Below are positions 1 to 9,425 of a stretch of DNA of 54,828 nt, in pieces. Source of the stretch: an uncultured archaeon. GTDB taxonomy: Archaea > Aenigmatarchaeota > Aenigmatarchaeia > PWEA01 > JAGHBM01. Every line of letters starts with the position of its first letter. The stretch's first letter is position 1. The position numbers were made by a program, and so were the translations under genes. Below the pieces are notes generated by a model. It saw only the letters and a list, made by a program, of their open reading frames with translations, was not told the origin of the DNA and made no database searches. The stretch covers positions 1 through 54,828 of the forward strand of contig CAZOZN010000003.1 in the NCBI GenBank assembly GCA_964584335.1. The letters are read 5' to 3'.

Positions 1-253
1 CAATTTTTTCTATTCTTTCAAATTCTTCTTTGCTAATCATGTTTTTGTTTTTTTCTTCTTTTTCATTCTTCTTTTCGTGTTTTTTGAGTTTTTTTAGAAA
101 CCCTCCTTTCTTTTTCTTTTCTTTGAACTCTTTTTTTAATTTTTTTTCAACATTTTTTGTTATTTTTTCTATTTTTTTATCATCTAGTTTTCCTATACCT
201 TCTTTTATCTTTTGAAGTTCTTTTTCAACAGAATAATCATTGTCTTTTGTCAA
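1..253 (-). CDS. Partial (runs off window) Lys/Glu-rich coiled-coil protein, next gene of the surface-protein operon
   Basis: Read manually: GAGGTG SD then TTG at 253, directly after the stop of the giant gene; MTKDNDYSVEKELQKIKEGIGKLDDKKIEKITKNVEKKLKKEFKEKKKKGGFLKKLKK... open to the window edge. Confidence 0.75.
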   Translation of the reverse strand, partial: MTKDNDYSVEKELQKIKEGIGKLDDKKIEKITKNVEKKLKKEFKEKKKKGGFLKKLKKHEKKNEKEEKNKNMISKEEFERIEKI

Positions 254-3200
254 TCAGACACCTCTATCCAAGTGTTCTTTAAGTGACGTTATATATATTT
301 TCGCCATCCTGAAGTTACCTAGCTTTAGCTTGTCTTCTGCAAGCCTTAATTCGAGTTTTAGGTCGAAAACATCTTTGCCTTCTTCTTCCATTTTTTTGAT
401 AACATTTTTAATTGACTTTAAATCTTTTGCAAATTCTTTGTATTGTTCAAGTTCCTCGTTTGTTATTTTGTGCGGGTTATGGTATGTTGGTCTGAATTGT
501 ACGAAGTAAGGTTTACCGTTATTGTATTTGGGGTTGTGTATCATTCCCACACCAAGACCCTGTCTTGTTATTCTCTTTGCATATTTTTCTCCGTACTTGT
601 CTCTGGCTTTTTTTATGTCTTCGAGGCTTTTAGTGTTGAGTTGTACGTCTGTTAATACGTTACCTGATACAGCCTCTTTAAAGTCGGCCAGTACCTGAGA
701 GCACATTATTATGCCTATGCCCCATTTTCTGAATTCACGGCATGCTTTTTCAAGGGCTATGTAACCACCTTTACCGCCGTATTTTTCGAGAAGTCTGTGA
801 ACTTCGTCGAATACTACTATCATTTTTAGTGTCGTTGATTCCTCCCAGTTTATTCTGAACATGGAACTTATTATATTTCTTACAGATTCATCAAATTCTT
901 CAGGCTTTAGGTTGTTGAGTGTAAATACGGTTATCTCACCAGGATTCATTAGTTCCTTGAAATCTATCTTCTGGTTGGGGTTATTCATTTCAAATATCAT
1001 ACCTTTGTAAGGTTTTACGTTTTTTGTATCCATTCCAAAACTTGGATAGTATCTTAGCAAATTTTGGTCTCTGCACGACCTAACGAAACCTGTCCACTGT
1101 GAAGTCGGGTCGAAAACTATAACAGGTATCTTCTGTTCAAGCGCCTCTTCTACTATTACTGATGCTCCTACACTTTTTCCTGAACCTGTTGCCCCTGCCA
1201 CGAGCATGTGTGTTGTCAGGTCGTCTGGATTTATCCATGATTTTATTTTGCTTCCCGCTATTGTTCCTATCCAGAAAGACCTGTCTGTTTTCTGTGGTAC
1301 TTTTTTCATGTTAACGGGGAAAAGATATCTTTTCTTTGATTCTTTTCCTTTTTTCCATTCAGAGTAATATTTTCTCAAGAATATACTCGCGACTAAAATT
1401 GACAGAACCAGAGCAATCCAGAGAAGACTTGTGCCTAATTTTGTTGCAAAAAACGGCTTTATTATCTCAAAACTTTCCATGTCGTTCACTGCCTTCCCCT
1501 CTGTTTCTGCCCATACTTCAAGTATGTGTTCTCCTTCATCGAGACCTGTATCATTTAGTTCCAACCTTTTTGTAAACGAAAGCATTTTTTCAATGGTTAC
1601 ATTTTCCTTTAATTCTTTAACTATTTTGTCGTTTTTACCATCCTTTATTAAATATGTTAATGTCGGTTTTAATTCTTTTTCAATGCCCATATTCCTCATT
1701 TTTATCTGGAATTTTAGATATTCCTCTATTAGTATTTTCTTTTTTATTATGTCTACTTCCAGAGACAATATACCCTCCCCTTCTGATACGACTTTTAGAG
1801 TAAGCGGCACAATTTCTTTTTCTCCGTAAGCTTCTACTTCAAGGTTTCCTGTGTATGTTCCTGCTTCTTTGTTTTTTGGAACCGATACAAGCACATCTAT
1901 TATTTCAACATTCTTTCCTTCTAAATCGAACTCGGTTTTAGACAAACTGATAAATTCTGCTATCTTTCCTGACAAATAAATTTTTGGGCTTATTTGACTT
2001 TCCATGTTGTTTTTTATACTTATCCAATAATTTCCTGATTCTCCTTGGTATAGTATTAAGTTTCCAAGATTCGTGTCAATATCAAACGGGTCTATTTCTG
2101 TTTCTTCTGTTGAGGCGTCAGTACCTCCTGTGGTTCCTCCGGTTGTTCCGCCTGGTCCGTTGTTGTCATCGTCCCCGTCCCCTGCCTCTACATTAATATC
2201 AGATATAAAGAAGGCCGAAAATCCCTGGTCTGACGTGAAGTTAAAGACCTTGTTCTGTGGAGAATCCGAGACAACATGAGATTCGCCGAGTGTTGTATTA
2301 CAGTTTCTGTTTTCGTAATCCCAATTACTGCACTTAAGAACTCTCAGATTTGCTGCTTTTAGGTCCCATCCTACAGATGAGATTGCATCGTCAAATGCAT
2401 TTGTTGAGTTTATTATTATCCTTGCATCCTGTGTCACATTTGTATCTATTACTATCCCCATTATGGGAGAATGGAATTCGTTAGATATTTCTATGTTTGC
2501 TTTGTTGGCTACTTCATCATATGTTTCAAAATAATCAAACCTTATAGGTTCAGTGTTATCCGTTATGTTTAGGCTTGCATTATAAAATATTATTTCTTGT
2601 CCGAATAGTTCTGATTTTATATCATATTTTCTTTTGTGAAGTGTCCAATTGTATGATTCGTTATCCTCTGTTGAAGTCTCGTTCATCTTATAAAATTCGT
2701 CTAGGTTTTTAGAATTTCTGTAAAATGTAAAGCTGGCATTTATTTTATCGTTATCCAAGTCAGTCATGTTGCCCAATATCTGTATTGGCTCGTATACATC
2801 GAACCAGCCTATGGTACTGTTTGTAGGGTTTCCTGCAGTATCATTTGCATATACAGTTATGTCATAATCCCCTACTGTGTTTGGATTTGAGAAGTTGAAT
2901 GTTATTTTGCGTGAATCAAAACCTTGAGACGAAGACAATAATGTTTCTGTGTAATTATCCGTACCTAAATTCCATGTGTTACCTTTTGAATCTATCTGTG
3001 ACCAGAAACTATCCAGTTCTTTATTATCGGTAATATTTACTTCAAAAATTACAGACTGTATGTTTCTGAGTTTGTTTACATGTTCTACTTCGACTATTGA
3101 AAAGGAAGGGGATTTTATATCCCTGTATATTATTACATTTTCTTTTGTGTAATTAAACACTACGCTTTGGTTTTCATTCCTGCTATAATTCGCTGAAAGT

Positions 3201-6200
3201 ATAATTGAGTTGTTTATGGGGTTTCCTGGTATTGAAGGTGCAACACATGTTATATTCCAGTCAAAGTTAGCTCCTGTTAAGTTACTTTCGTTTTTTGTTA
3301 TATTGCAAAATTGACCGCCTATCCATGCTTTCCATGTTATATTCTCTAATATATGCACGTCATTGCTTTTTGTGGCGTTAGCTCTTATCTCTATTGATGT
3401 ACCGTTTTCTACATCGCTTATTACGCTTGTTTTGTTGGGTTTTAATATCTCTATTTCAAAGTCACTTATCTCTAGAATTCTTGACATATTTATCCAATCT
3501 GGAGTTGCGGAAAAAGGCTCAAGTCTTTCTATCGAGATATTTATGTAGTAAATTCCAGGTACTGATTCGTTTGTTATATTCCAGTATGTCAGGTTTATGC
3601 TTGATGAAGAGTAAGGCAACAAAGTGAAGTTTGATACTGGAAGAGATTGTTTTATATTGTTGTTTTCGAGAGTGTAATTGAAGAAATTAAAACCGTTGCT
3701 GTAAAGGGTCACGTTTAAAGTTATATTGAAGTTTTCTCTGTTTGTTATATTTATTAACTGGAATGAACCCGCGTTGTTTACGTTCCTTCCTACTAATTTT
3801 CTTTCGGTTTGTGAGGGATCAGGCATCACAGACCAGTCATGCTCAGTTACGGAAACATTTACCATTAAAGAATCGTTGCAGGAATCATAAATACCAATGC
3901 AGTTTTTATTTTCTCTTGCTGTAATATATGCCCAGTAATTTTTGTTCATATGGGTGGAGTTGTTGGGTACAGTAATGGATATGTTTAATGATGAATTTGA
4001 GAGTCTTTGAACAGAGAGATTTGTTTGATTTATTAAAGTGCCGTTTATCTTTATCCAGTTCTTTAATAAGTTTGAATTTCCTCCGTAAATTGAAAATGTA
4101 GCATTTTTCAGTCCTGTATTTCCGAAGTCCTCTAATATAGCGAAGGACTCTCCTGATGAACCGTAAGGTATTGTGTAGTTTACGTAATCTTCAACAAAGT
4201 TAACAAAAGTTGTATTGGTTACATTTATTTTTATTGTCTTGTTTTCAAACCATGTAGAATTGAAAGGGTTTGACCATCTCAGGCCTATTTCTATTGAATT
4301 GTTTCCAAGTTCAGCGAGTCTTGAAGCAGACAAAGTTACGTTACCGGAACAGCTTGTTCCGTTTTCGAGATAGTTGCATATGTTGCTGCATCCTGTTATT
4401 CCAGTCTGATTATATACCAAGACGTTTATTCCGAACATACTTCCTTCTCCTGTGTTGTTTACGGTTATATTGAAAACCCCCGAGTCGCCTTTTTCTTTGG
4501 TTATATTCTCCAGAATCTGGTATTTCTGCGAGGTTATGTTCATAGTGCCGTTGGTTGTATCACTTGCAAAATTAATTGTAAAGTTCATAGAGTTTTCTTC
4601 GTTTGCATCATAGTAAATTGATGGCGAGTCGGATATGTTGCATTTTATATTCTTTGTTCCAGTAGATTGTGTCGAGTTAATCCAGTTGTAAACCGCGAAT
4701 CCCGATTCGTTTGTCTGGGCCGATGCTATATGTGTGGTCTCGTTGTAGAAGTTTACTGTAAAGTTGTGCACGCCCTGCGATGTGTTTTTGTCAAAAATTC
4801 CACAAACTAAACTTATATCGGAGCCGGCAAAACATAAGTTTCCTTGGCATTCTCCGTCTACAAGAGGTGTGAAGTTGAAGTGAGACACATTTGCAAATCC
4901 GAATATGTCTATGTAAGTTACGTTCTGGCTTGAGATGTAATAGTCACCGCTTATGTTTGAGAAAATTGTATATCCTCCTACAGGATAGTTTAATGGTATT
5001 GGCCATTTTCCTTCAGTGTTGTTTTGTATGTATGAGGAAATGTTTTCTTTCGAGTTAAATCTCTTTGTTATTCCTTCCGCACCCGAGTCCAGTAATATAC
5101 AATTACCGTAAGGGTCAGCAGTACACAAGTAGTCTATGTATATGTGCGATGCTGAAGTTCCGTAACCGTCATTGGTTTGGTCATATACGACTATCGATAT
5201 ATTGGAGGAATTAAAGAAAGATTCGTTGTAACATACTGAATCATTCCATGTTGCAGAAGATTCTGAAGAGTAACTTATATGGCTTAGGTTCAATAAACAG
5301 GACGCGTTATCTCCCAGTATTTTTACATAGGAGTTGTCGCTGTAAGTTCCCCATGCCTTGTATTTTATTTTTATGTAATCCGAATTCAGTGTATTGTTTA
5401 TTGATTGATTTAGATGAACTGTATCATCGTATGCGTAAATGTATGCAGAGTAGTTTCCGGTTTCGCTTTCGTTTTTTATGCTGCAAACGTACCTGCTTTG
5501 GGGATCTCCGGGGTAAGTTTTTACTACGTAGTTCCAGTTATTTAGCGTACCCGATTCGAAGCCGCTGTTTTTTATGTAGCTTAAAGTTTGGTTCTGTAGC
5601 GAATTCGTTTCGTTGTTAAATATATAACACAATTTATTTTCTAATTCAGTCAAGTTAACCAAGAAGGTAATTTTTGATGTCGAATTTATGTATTTACCCG
5701 AGCCAGTGATTTGAATAGGCATTTCTTTTCCGCTGCATTTCACTTTCGTGTCGTTTGTCTTCCACTTTGTTAGATTTGCCCCGGAATTCTCTAAATCAGA
5801 GCCATATATTTCTATAGGTTCTCTGTATCTTACAATTCCGCTAGTTTCTTCAAGATACAAATTTGAGTAATCTCTGAAGTTTATGTACCACCTTGTTTTG
5901 TACTGGTTTATATCACAAGTTTTGCAGGTATCGTTTACAGTAGCATTTAATGTTACGTTTACTCCCTTGTAGAATTTTGTTCCTTCGGGCGGAGAAGTTA
6001 TGTCTATATAAGAATAGTCCTTTAGTTCAACAAAATTTCTTGACTCATTGTCTAATATTGTATAGTTTACGCTGTCTTCCCCAACCAAAGTTAAGTTTAC
6101 TATATAAGGGCCTAAAATCTGATAGGTACAATTGGGTATCCATTCATAATCACAATATCCACTGGAGTTAATCTGGCTCTGTCCGATAAATGTTCTGTTG

Positions 6201-9163
6201 AAGTAGAAATTACAGTCATAATCCGAGTGGTTTAAAGAAGAGTTTATTGCATTTCCGTATTCATCGATGATTTTGCCTTGAATCATAAGTGTCTCATTTC
6301 TTATAACTCTCTGATAGGGAACAGGAATGTCTATGCTTATGTTAATATGACCCATTACTCTTGTTAAATAATTTTCCATGTTCGTTACGTTATAGAAGCT
6401 TTCGTTTATCGAGGTGTACCAGGAATGTAAACCCACAGGATAACTTCCATTGGGATTGAAATAGTGAGAACAATAACCGCTTTCATTTATACTTTCCATG
6501 TGTCCCCAGTCCGTTAAGTTTTCATACAAATCAAATGTAAAATTACAGTATTCATTGTTCCAGTTTTCATAACCGCTTGTGTCGTTGTAGTAGACCATTA
6601 GTTCCGTGCTTGTTTCTCCATATTCTCTGCTTACGTTGGTATTGTTTCCCTTGACATGATTCAGTATTACGTTATGAAGTTCCCCCAAAGGTTCCGAAAT
6701 TTCTTCCGTGTTTCTGGAGTAGTGCATCTGGTTGCCGGATGAGTTGTAGTCGTAATATTCAAATTTGTATTTGTTTTTCCCGACCCAGGATTTATCAGAT
6801 GATATGTTAAATGATATAAGTCCACTGCCGCTTATGTTCTGGCTTCCTTTTTCTTCCCAAGTTTGTGTAAAGTTTGTATATACCCATAGTGTTACGCTGA
6901 TGTTGTCGTTTTCTTCGTCGTGGACATTTGCAGTGAAATTGAAGTATTCACCCCAAAAACCGGAAGACGGGTTAACACTTGATGATGTTATGTTCGGAGC
7001 CAAGTTCCTAGTGCCGCCTACTTTGTAATTCACTGATGAACCGGCAGATGCGTTGGGCTGGGTCCAGTTAAAGAAGTCAATTATACCGTCAGTATTTGTA
7101 TCGTTCCAGCATCCTGTAAAGCCGTTGCCCAAACTGCTCATTGAGGGGCATTGTGTGTTTGGAGTTATATTGTAGTTTGTCCCGCCCCAAGTTACGTTAA
7201 GGAAAGATTCTCCCTTTACGAGTGAGTCGTTTACAGTAGTATTGGCTATTATTGTTGTGAAACTTTCCCCCGTTGCACTGTTCCATATTGTAATGTTTTT
7301 TACCCAGAGGTTGTTGTCTATTCCGTGTGTTTTGTTCCATCCGGATTCGTTCATGTAAATTGGTATGTCTTTTTGCATTTGGTTATCCCAAAGAAGATGG
7401 TAAGTGTAAATCTTCCCTGGTACTATTTTTATTCCTTTTGACGTAACGTTGCAATAATCATCAGAGCTTATGTTTGATACAAAGTAAACTTCGTTTTTGA
7501 ATCCGCAAGATGTTGCACCATTGTTTATTTTTATTTCATGTATGCTAATGTTGAGTGCGGGTTCTGTATAACTTATGTTTATTGCTTCCGATACTATCGA
7601 TTCATTTACATGTATATTTTGTGTCCTTGACCAAGACGGGTACAAAGTTTCATTGTATATGTCGGAAGAAGCGTTATATATGTATGATATGTTTATGTTG
7701 CTTACTTTTATCCTTCCTTTGTGTGCAGAGTATAGCTTAAATGGAACCTCGCACACTCTTTCCTGGCATGAGTCAAGAAAATTTTGAATTGAATTTGTTA
7801 TGTTGGTAAAGTTAAGGTTTTGCAAGTAACGGAATTTGCCCTCCATGCTCCAAACCAAAGAACCGTTGACCCGGACGGATACATTTTCCGGGAAGTTATC
7901 GTAATTTAATTCATAAACAGAGCCGTTTCTTGTTACACCCAGTATCTCGTTTATGTTGTTTCCGCTATCGGCAGTAACATTTCCCATTGTAATGCCTCTT
8001 ACTCTGTCATCTGTTGTATAATTTAAAAGAGAGCTCCCGTTGCTGGTAAGTACGTATATTTTGTTTTTTGTGTCCCATCCCGCACCGACTGCTATTTCTT
8101 TACCCGGGCTAATATCTGAAAACTCATTGGAGTGTACGGATAAACCATAGTCCTCTAAGCCGTAGCTCCATAAAAGTTGTCCGGTCGAGTTTAGAGCATA
8201 AACTTTGTTGTCTCCCCCGCTGGTTACAGCTATTATTTCTTTTCCGGAATCCTGAGATATATTTTCTACGTAAACCCCTTTAACATCACCTCCAACATTG
8301 TAGCTCCAAATTTCAGTGAAATTATTGTTTGTATAATTCAAAAGGTATATTTTGTTCTCTGATCCTCCTGTACCCATTACTATTTCATTACCCTGGCTTG
8401 ATGATGTGACATCCTCCACAAAAACAGAGTTAATATCGCCGTTTGTTATGGTTGAATCGTTCTGCAGTAAGTCTAAACTTGAGTTTAGAAGATATAGGTT
8501 TGCTCCTCCTGCTATTATTTCATTTCCATTGTCTGAAGTCAGGTTTTTTACGCAGACAGAAGACACGATACCTACTGTTGATTTTTCGTATAATTTATTG
8601 CCTTCCTTGTTCAATACAACTATACCATTATATGTTCCTGCTATGACTTCATTTTCTGAGTCTATTGTTATGTTGCCTATTTCTACATCTAGAGCATTAT
8701 CACCGCTTACGTTCTGCCATAAAAAGTTTTTTTTGTTATCGTATAATCTTATGTTGTTAGAGCTTAGCTGGAATACAAATGATATTTCATTTCCTGAATC
8801 AGACGTCACATCTCCTATATCAACGTCGTCTAATTCTATACCTATGTTTGTTTTATTTACAATTATCAAACCTGTTAAATCTATACTCGAGCTGATTATT
8901 TTGCTTTTTTTTGGTATTTGTACCAGGAATGTGTTGTTTGATTCTTCATTATATTCGTAGGTGTAAGAGTATTCGGGACCGCTTTCGTTTAGCTCCCTCT
9001 GCTCGTATGTAAAATTCTTCGTCTCAAGGTCAAGATTAAATGTTTTTTGTTCAGTAAACGGGTGTGAGTATTCCGGTTCTACGGCCTTAGTAAAAAGTGG
9101 TATAATCAATATACCCAGAAATATAAAGATAATAATAAAAAATTTTGAGGTTTTGGGGTGCAT
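254..9163 (-). CDS. Giant (2969 aa) membrane-anchored surface protein with N-terminal FG-GAP beta-propeller and C-terminal cytoplasmic HerA/VirB4/DUF87-type P-loop ATPase
   Basis: Signal peptide; seven D/N-x-T-x-D-x-G-N/K-E-I repeats; dense N-x-S/T sequons; Gly/Thr linker; TM (LLWIALVLSILVASIFL); Walker A GATGSGKS, Walker B VVFDEVH, REFRKWGIGIIMCSQ motif. Confidence 0.9.
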   Translation of the reverse strand: MHPKTSKFFIIIFIFLGILIIPLFTKAVEPEYSHPFTEQKTFNLDLETKNFTYEQRELNESGPEYSYTYEYNEESNNTFLVQIPKKSKIISSSIDLTGLIIVNKTNIGIELDDVDIGDVTSDSGNEISFVFQLSSNNIRLYDNKKNFLWQNVSGDNALDVEIGNITIDSENEVIAGTYNGIVVLNKEGNKLYEKSTVGIVSSVCVKNLTSDNGNEIIAGGANLYLLNSSLDLLQNDSTITNGDINSVFVEDVTSSSQGNEIVMGTGGSENKIYLLNYTNNNFTEIWSYNVGGDVKGVYVENISQDSGKEIIAVTSGGDNKVYALNSTGQLLWSYGLEDYGLSVHSNEFSDISPGKEIAVGAGWDTKNKIYVLTSNGSSLLNYTTDDRVRGITMGNVTADSGNNINEILGVTRNGSVYELNYDNFPENVSVRVNGSLVWSMEGKFRYLQNLNFTNITNSIQNFLDSCQERVCEVPFKLYSAHKGRIKVSNINISYIYNASSDIYNETLYPSWSRTQNIHVNESIVSEAINISYTEPALNISIHEIKINNGATSCGFKNEVYFVSNISSDDYCNVTSKGIKIVPGKIYTYHLLWDNQMQKDIPIYMNESGWNKTHGIDNNLWVKNITIWNSATGESFTTIIANTTVNDSLVKGESFLNVTWGGTNYNITPNTQCPSMSSLGNGFTGCWNDTNTDGIIDFFNWTQPNASAGSSVNYKVGGTRNLAPNITSSSVNPSSGFWGEYFNFTANVHDEENDNISVTLWVYTNFTQTWEEKGSQNISGSGLISFNISSDKSWVGKNKYKFEYYDYNSSGNQMHYSRNTEEISEPLGELHNVILNHVKGNNTNVSREYGETSTELMVYYNDTSGYENWNNEYCNFTFDLYENLTDWGHMESINESGYCSHYFNPNGSYPVGLHSWYTSINESFYNVTNMENYLTRVMGHINISIDIPVPYQRVIRNETLMIQGKIIDEYGNAINSSLNHSDYDCNFYFNRTFIGQSQINSSGYCDYEWIPNCTYQILGPYIVNLTLVGEDSVNYTILDNESRNFVELKDYSYIDITSPPEGTKFYKGVNVTLNATVNDTCKTCDINQYKTRWYINFRDYSNLYLEETSGIVRYREPIEIYGSDLENSGANLTKWKTNDTKVKCSGKEMPIQITGSGKYINSTSKITFLVNLTELENKLCYIFNNETNSLQNQTLSYIKNSGFESGTLNNWNYVVKTYPGDPQSRYVCSIKNESETGNYSAYIYAYDDTVHLNQSINNTLNSDYIKIKYKAWGTYSDNSYVKILGDNASCLLNLSHISYSSESSATWNDSVCYNESFFNSSNISIVVYDQTNDGYGTSASHIYIDYLCTADPYGNCILLDSGAEGITKRFNSKENISSYIQNNTEGKWPIPLNYPVGGYTIFSNISGDYYISSQNVTYIDIFGFANVSHFNFTPLVDGECQGNLCFAGSDISLVCGIFDKNTSQGVHNFTVNFYNETTHIASAQTNESGFAVYNWINSTQSTGTKNIKCNISDSPSIYYDANEENSMNFTINFASDTTNGTMNITSQKYQILENITKEKGDSGVFNITVNNTGEGSMFGINVLVYNQTGITGCSNICNYLENGTSCSGNVTLSASRLAELGNNSIEIGLRWSNPFNSTWFENKTIKINVTNTTFVNFVEDYVNYTIPYGSSGESFAILEDFGNTGLKNATFSIYGGNSNLLKNWIKINGTLINQTNLSVQRLSNSSLNISITVPNNSTHMNKNYWAYITARENKNCIGIYDSCNDSLMVNVSVTEHDWSVMPDPSQTERKLVGRNVNNAGSFQLINITNRENFNITLNVTLYSNGFNFFNYTLENNNIKQSLPVSNFTLLPYSSSSINLTYWNITNESVPGIYYINISIERLEPFSATPDWINMSRILEISDFEIEILKPNKTSVISDVENGTSIEIRANATKSNDVHILENITWKAWIGGQFCNITKNESNLTGANFDWNITCVAPSIPGNPINNSIILSANYSRNENQSVVFNYTKENVIIYRDIKSPSFSIVEVEHVNKLRNIQSVIFEVNITDNKELDSFWSQIDSKGNTWNLGTDNYTETLLSSSQGFDSRKITFNFSNPNTVGDYDITVYANDTAGNPTNSTIGWFDVYEPIQILGNMTDLDNDKINASFTFYRNSKNLDEFYKMNETSTEDNESYNWTLHKRKYDIKSELFGQEIIFYNASLNITDNTEPIRFDYFETYDEVANKANIEISNEFHSPIMGIVIDTNVTQDARIIINSTNAFDDAISSVGWDLKAANLRVLKCSNWDYENRNCNTTLGESHVVSDSPQNKVFNFTSDQGFSAFFISDINVEAGDGDDDNNGPGGTTGGTTGGTDASTEETEIDPFDIDTNLGNLILYQGESGNYWISIKNNMESQISPKIYLSGKIAEFISLSKTEFDLEGKNVEIIDVLVSVPKNKEAGTYTGNLEVEAYGEKEIVPLTLKVVSEGEGILSLEVDIIKKKILIEEYLKFQIKMRNMGIEKELKPTLTYLIKDGKNDKIVKELKENVTIEKMLSFTKRLELNDTGLDEGEHILEVWAETEGKAVNDMESFEIIKPFFATKLGTSLLWIALVLSILVASIFLRKYYSEWKKGKESKKRYLFPVNMKKVPQKTDRSFWIGTIAGSKIKSWINPDDLTTHMLVAGATGSGKSVGASVIVEEALEQKIPVIVFDPTSQWTGFVRSCRDQNLLRYYPSFGMDTKNVKPYKGMIFEMNNPNQKIDFKELMNPGEITVFTLNNLKPEEFDESVRNIISSMFRINWEESTTLKMIVVFDEVHRLLEKYGGKGGYIALEKACREFRKWGIGIIMCSQVLADFKEAVSGNVLTDVQLNTKSLEDIKKARDKYGEKYAKRITRQGLGVGMIHNPKYNNGKPYFVQFRPTYHNPHKITNEELEQYKEFAKDLKSIKNVIKKMEEEGKDVFDLKLELRLAEDKLKLGNFRMAKIYITSLKEHLDRGV

Positions 9164-9203
9164 AGAAAATATTGGTATTTTTTATTAATATTGTTTTTAC
9201 TAA

Positions 9204-9425
9204 TTAATAATTCTTTATTTTCTTTATTACTTCTTTTAGCTCCGAAACCTCGCTTCTAAGCTCTCTCATTTCTTTGCTTAGAAGCACTTCTTCTTCGTCG
9301 AATTTTTTGGTTATTTCCTTTAGCTGTCTGAACTCTATTTCCAATATTATTAGATAAACTACGACTACTATACAAAAAACTACCAAAAGTTCAAGTATAG
9401 GTACGCTTATTCCGAAAACATACAT
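9204..9425 (-). CDS. Small single-TM protein with C-terminal coiled coil
   Basis: Hydrophobic N-terminal helix then heptad-like EMRELRSEVSELKEVIKKIK; start overlaps the upstream stop. Confidence 0.8.
   Translation of the reverse strand: MYVFGISVPILELLVVFCIVVVVYLIILEIEFRQLKEITKKFDEEEVLLSKEMRELRSEVSELKEVIKKIKNY

Noticed and set aside
2121-2180. Short tandem repeat encoding GGTTGGTTGGT
   Set aside because: Ordinary low-complexity protein linker
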